This document shows, piece after piece, positions 57,967-64,000 of a stretch of DNA of 64,000 nucleotides. Position numbers and translations under genes: made by a program. Below the pieces are notes generated by a model, which made no database searches, was not told where the DNA came from, and saw nothing but the letters and a program-made list of their open reading frames with translations. Position 1 is the stretch's first letter, and each line of letters begins with the position of its first letter. Source of the DNA: Acidobacteriota bacterium. Its GTDB lineage: Bacteria > Acidobacteriota > UBA6911 > RPQK01 > JADFOI01. Location: the NCBI GenBank assembly GCA_963663035.1, contig OY760074.1, positions 640,001 to 704,000 on the forward strand, written 5' to 3'.

Positions 57967-59552
57967 CAGGAGCTTTCTTCGGCCAGCTCTTGGTAAGCCT
58001 GGCCGAAATGAGCCGTCACATCACCAGCCGTCAGGGCTTGAGAACCGACGCGCTCAGCTGCCAGGTCGCCCGCTAGGGAGTGCAGATAGACCCCCACCTG
58101 GACCGCCCTGGAGATCTCATCGGGTGCAGTCATACCTCGAGCCGCAAACATCCCTAACAGGGAGGTAATGGCACCTGTTAAGACGTCGCCCATACCTGCG
58201 GTGGCCATGCCAGGATTACCCAGTGGACAGACAAAGACCTGTCCAGCCGGTTCTGCGATGAGTGTTCGAAAACTCTTCAGGACCACCCAAACCCCTCTCT
58301 CCTGGGCGAACTGGCGGGCAAGCTCTACCTTTTGCGAGAGAATTTCCTTGATGGGGCGACCAATGAGACGGGCGAACTCTCCAGTGTGAGGAGTGAGAAT
58401 CAGCGGCTGGTCGGTGTCGTTTTTCAACTTTTCCGTATCATTCTCGAAGGCGTTCAAGGCATCGGCATCCAGCAGTAGTGGAACGGTGGCCTGGCGCACC
58501 ACCTCATGAACAAATTGGACCGTTTCCTTTTCTCGGCCGAGTCCTGGTCCGATTCCGGCTGCGTCTTTATCCTGAAGAAGCTCGAGTAAAGGATCTGCAG
58601 CTGTGGATGCAAAGGTCCCTTGTGGCGTTGAAGGAAGACCCTTTGTCATGAGTTCGGCCTGGAATGATGCGACCACATCTTGGATGACCTCTGGTGTGCA
58701 GATGGTGATCAGGCCGGAACCAGTCCGAAGGGCAGCTCTTCCACTGAGGACCGCTGCTCCGGACATCCCACGACTTCCTGAAACGATCACGACATGTCCA
58801 AAATGCCCCTTATGCGAGCTGATCTCCCGTCGAGGAAGGTGAGAACGAATCTGCTCGCGGGTGATGAGGTTAAGATAGTATTCCGGTTTCTCGAGGAGTT
58901 CTGAGGGGCTGCCTATGGGGACGATATGCAGTTCGCCGATAGCCGCCTGATCTTCATTGAGAATGTGTGCCAGCTTAGGAGCGGTGAAGGTGACTGTGGC
59001 CTTGGATTGAACTGTTTGCGTCCCTCCTGTCAATGAGTCGGAAAACATCCCTGACGGAATGTCCACCGAGAGGACAAAGGCATTGCTGCTGTTGATTGTT
59101 GAAACGACCTTTGAGTAGAGGCCAGAGAGCGGTTTGGAGATCCCGGTTCCCAGAAGAGCATCCACGACGATGTGATAGCCGCTGAAGTTCTCGCTGATCC
59201 TCTCCCAGCTTTTTGAATCAGTGATTTCGATGACCGATTTCCCCGATTTCAAGTAGGCATCCAGGTTGACCCGTGCGTCGCCGGAAACATCCGTCACCTG
59301 GCTGAGCAGGTAAACGTCCGGGTCGATTTTGCGCTTGACGAGGTGACGAGCGAGGACGATTCCATCTCCGCCATTGTTTCCCTTTCCGCAGATAATGGCG
59401 ATGAGGCGGGAGTCCAGATCGTCGAAATACTGCTCCAGTGTCCTATAGAGCTTCAGGCCTGCGTTTTCCATCAGCGACAAACTGGGAATGTCGTACTGTT
59501 CGCTGGTGAACTGGTCTACCTGATTTATCTGTTTGGCGGTGAGGATCTTCAT
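57966..59552 (-). CDS. nnr: Bifunctional NAD(P)H-hydrate epimerase/dehydratase
   Basis: LMENAG, CGKGNNGGDG, DALLGTG, DIPSG, SHKGHFG, GPGLG, DADAL, TPH and ATAGMGDVLTG. Confidence 0.93.
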   Translation of the reverse strand: MKILTAKQINQVDQFTSEQYDIPSLSLMENAGLKLYRTLEQYFDDLDSRLIAIICGKGNNGGDGIVLARHLVKRKIDPDVYLLSQVTDVSGDARVNLDAYLKSGKSVIEITDSKSWERISENFSGYHIVVDALLGTGISKPLSGLYSKVVSTINSSNAFVLSVDIPSGMFSDSLTGGTQTVQSKATVTFTAPKLAHILNEDQAAIGELHIVPIGSPSELLEKPEYYLNLITREQIRSHLPRREISSHKGHFGHVVIVSGSRGMSGAAVLSGRAALRTGSGLITICTPEVIQDVVASFQAELMTKGLPSTPQGTFASTAADPLLELLQDKDAAGIGPGLGREKETVQFVHEVVRQATVPLLLDADALNAFENDTEKLKNDTDQPLILTPHTGEFARLIGRPIKEILSQKVELARQFAQERGVWVVLKSFRTLIAEPAGQVFVCPLGNPGMATAGMGDVLTGAITSLLGMFAARGMTAPDEISRAVQVGVYLHSLAGDLAAERVGSQALTAGDVTAHFGQAYQELAEESS

Positions 59553-59694
59553 TGTGAGAAGTGGGTGTGGGTCGATTAGCTTATGTGTGTTGATTTTCCA
59601 ACGATATCACCGAAAAGATTATCAGACAGTAGACGTGAAGAAAAGATTGAGGTACGGTATACTGAATATTGTAGCCAACCGGGAGAAAGGCCAA

Positions 59695-60714
59695 ATGAAG
59701 CGAAAAGCAATGGGGGCAGTCAGCTTCCTACTTCTTCTGCTGTTTCTATTTCCACTCGACGTCTTGGGCGAACGGAAACACGGCGACGTGGAGGATATCG
59801 GCAATCGCGAAATCAACGGCAGGGTGGCCTGGATTTTCCCCAATTTCGTCTCCCTGGAAAAGGAAATTCAGCTGGGAGCTCAGCTGGCTATGGAAATGGA
59901 CCGGACGGCCCGTTTTGTTGAGGATCCTGTCGTGGTGGAGTACATCGAGCAACTCTCTCAGGAGATCGTCAAGCACTCGGATGCCAAGGTTCCATTTGTG
60001 GTGAAGGTGGTTGACACGGATGAAGTCAATGCCTTTGCGTTCCCCGGAGGGTATTTCTACGTCAACAAGGGGCTGATCCTGGAAGCTGAAAGTGAGTCAG
60101 AATTGGCAGGGGTCCTGGCTCATGAGATTGCACATGTGACCGCCCGTCACTATGCGGAAGCCGCTACCAAGAGTCAGTTGCTGCAGTATGCGACGATTCC
60201 TGTGCTTTTCGTCGGTGGCGGTTGGGCCCAGTATGGACTTTACACGGGATTGGGACTGGGAATGGACCTGGCGTTGCTCGGAGTCACTCGAAAATCGGAG
60301 GCGGAAGCCGATCAGCTGGGCACCCAGTACCTGTGGAATACTGACTATGATCCCAATGCCTTCATCACTTTCTTTGAGAAATTGCAGGCCAAGGAAAAAG
60401 AGAAACCAGGAAAGTTCGCAGGCTTCTGGAGGACTCATCCCAGCCTTGAAGATCGAATTGAGAAGGTCCAGGAGGAAATCTCCTACCTTCCTGGTAAGGA
60501 CGAATATATTCTCAATGGATCTCAGTTCGAGCGTGCCAAGGCCCGCCTCATTGAAATCGATAACGGTTTACTCCTTTCCGGTTCATCTTCCGGTAGCGGT
60601 GCAGCCAAAAGACCCACACTCAAGCGCAGGACCAATCGGGACAGCCAAGATGAAGGGGAAGAACCGACTCTGGAGAAAGATCGACCCACTCTCAAGCGAC
60701 CAGAGGAAGGGTAA
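59695..60714 (+). CDS. M48 family metallopeptidase (exported)
   Basis: VNAFAFPGG, ELAGVLAHEIAH (HExxH), EAEAD and RTHP...RI. ATG 59695 begins a signal peptide. Confidence 0.9.
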   Translation: MKRKAMGAVSFLLLLLFLFPLDVLGERKHGDVEDIGNREINGRVAWIFPNFVSLEKEIQLGAQLAMEMDRTARFVEDPVVVEYIEQLSQEIVKHSDAKVPFVVKVVDTDEVNAFAFPGGYFYVNKGLILEAESESELAGVLAHEIAHVTARHYAEAATKSQLLQYATIPVLFVGGGWAQYGLYTGLGLGMDLALLGVTRKSEAEADQLGTQYLWNTDYDPNAFITFFEKLQAKEKEKPGKFAGFWRTHPSLEDRIEKVQEEISYLPGKDEYILNGSQFERAKARLIEIDNGLLLSGSSSGSGAAKRPTLKRRTNRDSQDEGEEPTLEKDRPTLKRPEEG

Positions 60715-60764
60715 ACGCTGACCGCCGCCGGCCGAAGGCCGACGGAAATTCCAAACCTGGATCC

Positions 60765-60816
60765 TGGAACGCGCGCGAAGCGCGCCTCCTGACTCCTGTC
60801 TCCTGCCCCCTGCCTT
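60765..60816. repeat. GCGAAGC hairpin followed by a heptamer array
   Basis: TGGAACGCGCGCGAAGCGCGC then CTCCTGA CTCCTGT CTCCTGC CCCCTGC. Confidence 0.7.
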
Positions 60817-60835
60817 CTCAAGGTATAATCTTACG

Positions 60836-61648
60836 ATGTTTCTTGTTGAGGGGTTTTTCATCGCCTTCGGGTTGGCTGTGGGCAGCTTCCTCAATGTTTG
60901 TATCTACCGAATTCCTCGGGGTCAGTCAGTGCTTTTCCCCAGGTCGAACTGCCGAAAGTGCGATCATCCCATCAGACCCTGGGAGAATATCCCCCTCCTC
61001 AGTTATCTTCTCTTGCGTGGAAAATGCAGCCAGTGCGGTTGTCGCATTTCCTGGGTTTATCCGACCGTGGAAGTCATTACCGGTCTACTCTTTTACCTTT
61101 TACTTTTGAAGTACGGATTTCACACTCCGCTATTCATCAACATGGTCTTTTTTAGCCTTCTTTTGATCTTACTCTTCGTGGACCTCTTTGAAAGGCTGCT
61201 CCCCAATGTCATAACTCTGGGTGGTCTGGCCTTTGGACTGGTAGTGGCCCCTCTGCAGTCCGAGGAGTTCTTGGGCGCCTTTCGCTTGCTGGATCTCCCC
61301 AATGTGGTGTGGTTTCAATATATCGATTCAATACTCGGTATCTTAGTGGGAGGAGGCTTCCTTTGGCTGGTCGCGGAGCTGTACTTTAGAGTCAAGAAAG
61401 TGGAAGGGATGGGCTTTGGTGATATCAAGATGATGGCTATGGTGGGGGCCTTTCTGGGATGGGCTTATACCTGGCTAACGATACTCCTGGGGTCGCTGCT
61501 GGGAGCATTGATCGGATCACTCTACATGTTTGTTTTTCGAAAAGGGCGCAAGTATCAGCTGCCCTTCGGAAGCTTTCTGGCCGTGGGTGCTATTGCCAGC
61601 ACCCTTTGGGGGCGGAAACTGCTCACTTTCTACCTCACGCAGTTTTAA
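60836..61648 (+). CDS. pilD: Prepilin peptidase PilD
   Basis: GSFLNVCIYRIP, two CxxC pairs, ENIPLLSY, GMGFGDIKM and LPFGSFL. Confidence 0.93.
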   Translation: MFLVEGFFIAFGLAVGSFLNVCIYRIPRGQSVLFPRSNCRKCDHPIRPWENIPLLSYLLLRGKCSQCGCRISWVYPTVEVITGLLFYLLLLKYGFHTPLFINMVFFSLLLILLFVDLFERLLPNVITLGGLAFGLVVAPLQSEEFLGAFRLLDLPNVVWFQYIDSILGILVGGGFLWLVAELYFRVKKVEGMGFGDIKMMAMVGAFLGWAYTWLTILLGSLLGALIGSLYMFVFRKGRKYQLPFGSFLAVGAIASTLWGRKLLTFYLTQF

Positions 61649-61651
61649 GAG

Positions 61652-61683
61652 AGGAGTCAGGAGTCAGGAGTCAGGAGGCAGAA
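61652..61683. repeat. Heptamer array AGGAGTC x3 + AGGAGGC (downstream flank of the four-helix-bundle gene)
   Basis: Read directly; overlaps the stop codon of 61664-62032. Confidence 0.85.
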
Positions 61684-62032
61684 TTCCTCGTCGGTAGCCC
61701 TCCAGGAGTCGGCTGACTTCCTCCAGCTGGATCAACAGATCTTCGCCAGGCAAATAAGTTAGGTTTGTCGCTAAGATCAGATAATAGCGAGTTTCTTGAA
61801 GAGAGCCCTGTGCAATGTTCATGAAACGAGCTTTGTCAGCCTTGCTCCTTCGTTTAAAGTCTTCCGCAATATTTGCCGGAATTGATATGGCAGCACGACG
61901 CAATTGTGTGGTGAGTCCGTAAATCTCTCGTTTAGGAAAGCCCTGCGAGTAGCGATAGACCTGCAGCACAAAGGTGTGAGCCTTCTGCCAAACAACCAGA
62001 TCCTCAAACGTTTTTGCCGCCTCCCTCTTCAT
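61664..62032 (-). CDS. Four-helix-bundle protein (TIGR02436 / '23S rRNA IVS protein' / bAvd-like)
   Basis: FEDLVVWQKA, FPKREIYGLTTQLRRAAISIPANIAE and FMNIAQGSLQET. Confidence 0.9.
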   Translation of the reverse strand: MKREAAKTFEDLVVWQKAHTFVLQVYRYSQGFPKREIYGLTTQLRRAAISIPANIAEDFKRRSKADKARFMNIAQGSLQETRYYLILATNLTYLPGEDLLIQLEEVSRLLEGYRRGILPPDS

Positions 62033-62186
62033 CCTACTTCCTACCTCCTGCCTCCTACCTCCTGCCTCCTACCTCCTGCCTCCTACCTCCTGCCTCCTGC
62101 CTCCTACCTCCTGCCTCCTGCCTCCTACCTCCTACCTCCTGCCTCCTGCCTCCTACCTCCTACCTCCTATCTTCAACCTCCTGACT
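62033..62186. repeat. Heptamer array of ~22 units, 18 of them perfect CCT(A/G)CCT
   Basis: Counted by eye; perfect units span 62040-62165. Confidence 0.95.
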
Positions 62187-62477
62187 CCCCTCTTCCTTTA
62201 CCGAAATAAGATCCTGCAGCTTTAAGAACTTTTTTTCACCGATTCCCCGGATATTCAGCAAATCCTCAATCCGTTGGAAAGGACCGCTCCTCTCGCGAAG
62301 CTCCAGGATGCGTTCAGCAATCACAGGCCCGATGCCCGGCAGACTGTCAAGCTGTGAGAAAGTGGCTGTGTTGAGATTGATCTTTGGTGTCTGTTCGCCC
62401 TCTGTCGCCGAAACGCACAGAAGGAGTACCAGAACTCCCATGGACACCTGCCAAGTAGATCCTTTTGCTTTCATCAT
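62160..62477 (-). CDS. comEA: ComEA-like helix-hairpin-helix DNA-binding protein
   Basis: Signal peptide, KINLNTAT...LPGIGPVIAERI...GPFQRIEDLLNIRGIGEKKF. Confidence 0.9.
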   Translation of the reverse strand: MMKAKGSTWQVSMGVLVLLLCVSATEGEQTPKINLNTATFSQLDSLPGIGPVIAERILELRERSGPFQRIEDLLNIRGIGEKKFLKLQDLISVKEEGSQEVEDRR

Positions 62478-62583
62478 ATTTATCCTCCTTCTTACTACAA
62501 CGCTCCACCCGGAGAATCTACGAATAAATCTTCGCCACCTCTGTCTTCTGTCTTCTTCCTCTAAAGGGGAGTAAACTGAAGCG

Positions 62584-64000
62584 ATGAAGACGGAGTGTCT
62601 CGATTATCGACAGCTTCCCGGACTGAATCCTCTTTTTCTGGAATATCTGTATCACTACGATAGACTTGAGTCCCTCTACTCCTCTCCAGTGCATCTCAGC
62701 CTTGATGCTCTCAAGGAACGAGCCGACTCCGTGTTGAAAGACCCGCCACCTTTTCCCCGTGATCAACTCGTGGAGGTGACGACCGCTTTCAACCAAAGAG
62801 TTGGAGCCGGTGAGAAGGTTTTCCAGAATCTGGAAAAGCTGAAGTCCCCCAGGACATTAGCTGTGGTCACAGGACAACAGCCAGGTTTCTTCGGGGGGCC
62901 GGCGTATACAGTTTACAAGGCGCTCACGGCCATTCGCTTGGCCCAGATGTTGGATGAAGAAGGCTACCCTGCGGTTCCTGTTTTCTGGTTGGCATCCGAT
63001 GACTCCGATTTCCAGGAGGTCCGACTCACATCGTTCTTCGATGGCAATGGAGATCTGTTTTCGGTGAGTTATCAGGGTCCCCAGCAGAATGATTCACGAA
63101 TGGTGGGGACGATCCCTTTGAACACTGTCGAGGAGTGTTTCAGCCGTTTGCAGCAAGAGGGTCCCAAAGGAGAGTTTCATGAAGATGTCCTCCAGCTGCT
63201 CCAGGAAACTTTTCCTCCTGCAAAAACTCTCAGCGAAGCCGCGGGCTCATGGTTAAGCCACCTCTTTCGTCCCTACGGTCTCGTTCTCTTTGATGCGCTT
63301 CTTCCTGAATACAAGCAAGGGGTGGGATCCTTGTTTGCTCGGGCCATAGAGAACCGCCAGGAGATTGTCCAAGCTCTGAAAGGCAGAGCCGAAGTGTTGA
63401 GAGAAAAGGGATTCGATTCCCAGGTTCGGGTCCAGGATTCGGAGAGTTTCCTTTTCTGGACAGAGGATGAGAAGCGCTACAAGTTGGAGTATGAAGGAGA
63501 GCGATTTCGGAAGAAAGCACTGGACTCTCCGAAGTTAAGTGAACGGGATCTGTTGAGGGAGCTTGACCAGCAGGCAGAAAAGTTTGCTCCTAACGTGCTC
63601 CTGAGGCCCATAGTCCAAGACCATCTGTTTCCCACTGTGGCCTATGTGGGAGGTCCTTCAGAAGTTGCCTACTTTGCTCAGGTTAGTGCCATTAGTCGGT
63701 TTTGGGACAAGGAAATGGCTGTGTTTCCGCGAGTCGGGGTCACCCTGGTGGATCGAAAAGCTCAGCGCTTGTTGAGGAAGTATGGGCTGAAGGTCTTGGA
63801 TGTTTTGCAACTGACTCCACAAGAGATCTCGCGTAGGATTGTGAAGGGCAAGGACCCGGAGAATATTCTGGAAAGGCTTGAGCATGTGCAGGAGGAACTC
63901 CAGTCTGAACTGGGAGCACTGAAGGATGATATTGCCAAGATTGACCCGACCGTAGCGGAGATGCTGGGGGGAACAGAGAAGAAGGTTCTATACCAGATCG
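62584..64000 (+). CDS. bshC: Bacillithiol biosynthesis cysteine-adding enzyme BshC (3'-truncated by window edge; absent from the ORF track)
   Basis: Manual translation gives AVVTGQQPGFFGGPAYTVYKA, VPVFWLASDDSDFQEV and PNVLLRPIVQDHLFPTVAYVGGPSEVAYFAQ. Confidence 0.88.
   Translation, partial: MKTECLDYRQLPGLNPLFLEYLYHYDRLESLYSSPVHLSLDALKERADSVLKDPPPFPRDQLVEVTTAFNQRVGAGEKVFQNLEKLKSPRTLAVVTGQQPGFFGGPAYTVYKALTAIRLAQMLDEEGYPAVPVFWLASDDSDFQEVRLTSFFDGNGDLFSVSYQGPQQNDSRMVGTIPLNTVEECFSRLQQEGPKGEFHEDVLQLLQETFPPAKTLSEAAGSWLSHLFRPYGLVLFDALLPEYKQGVGSLFARAIENRQEIVQALKGRAEVLREKGFDSQVRVQDSESFLFWTEDEKRYKLEYEGERFRKKALDSPKLSERDLLRELDQQAEKFAPNVLLRPIVQDHLFPTVAYVGGPSEVAYFAQVSAISRFWDKEMAVFPRVGVTLVDRKAQRLLRKYGLKVLDVLQLTPQEISRRIVKGKDPENILERLEHVQEELQSELGALKDDIAKIDPTVAEMLGGTEKKVLYQI

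Noticed and set aside
61904-62209. ORF with (LLPPASY)n repeats
   Set aside because: It is an antisense translation of the heptamer array.
1-64000. tRNA, rRNA, prophage or anti-phage defence genes
   Set aside because: I recognised no cloverleaf or rRNA signature and no phage structural, integrase or known defence domains.

Overview
Bacterial chromosomal window, most likely Acidobacteriota. This is inferred from a GWxTD protein, Oar-type TonB-dependent receptors, bshC and Acidobacteria-style pilins. Most of it is housekeeping: pyrC, dsbD, ftsB, cutA, tatA, selB, ffh-rpsP-khpA-rimM-trmD-rplS, argS, larC, metG, tatD, a polyprenyl synthase, PBP1A, nuoJKLMN-greA, thiS/thiG/aroB/menG, tsaE/nnr, pilD, comEA and bshC. 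There is also a type III PKS, two convergent TonB-dependent receptor paralogues, type IV pilin genes, and an ECF sigma/vWA/alpha-2-macroglobulin operon interrupted by an IS1380-family element. The most unusual content is non-coding. (1) A four-helix-bundle (bAvd/TIGR02436-like) gene is enclosed by inverted arrays of 7-bp repeats, and apparently 'empty' versions of the same structure built around a GCGAAGC mini-hairpin occur elsewhere. (2) At least three families of palindromic MITE-like elements occur nested in one another or tandemly amplified (4 x 168 bp); one family carries the end sequence of the resident IS1380. (3) A 70-bp near-identical inverted tract is shared by the two otherwise divergent receptor genes. 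I found no rRNA, tRNA or CRISPR array. All calls come from reading the sequence and motifs by eye; no database searches were run.
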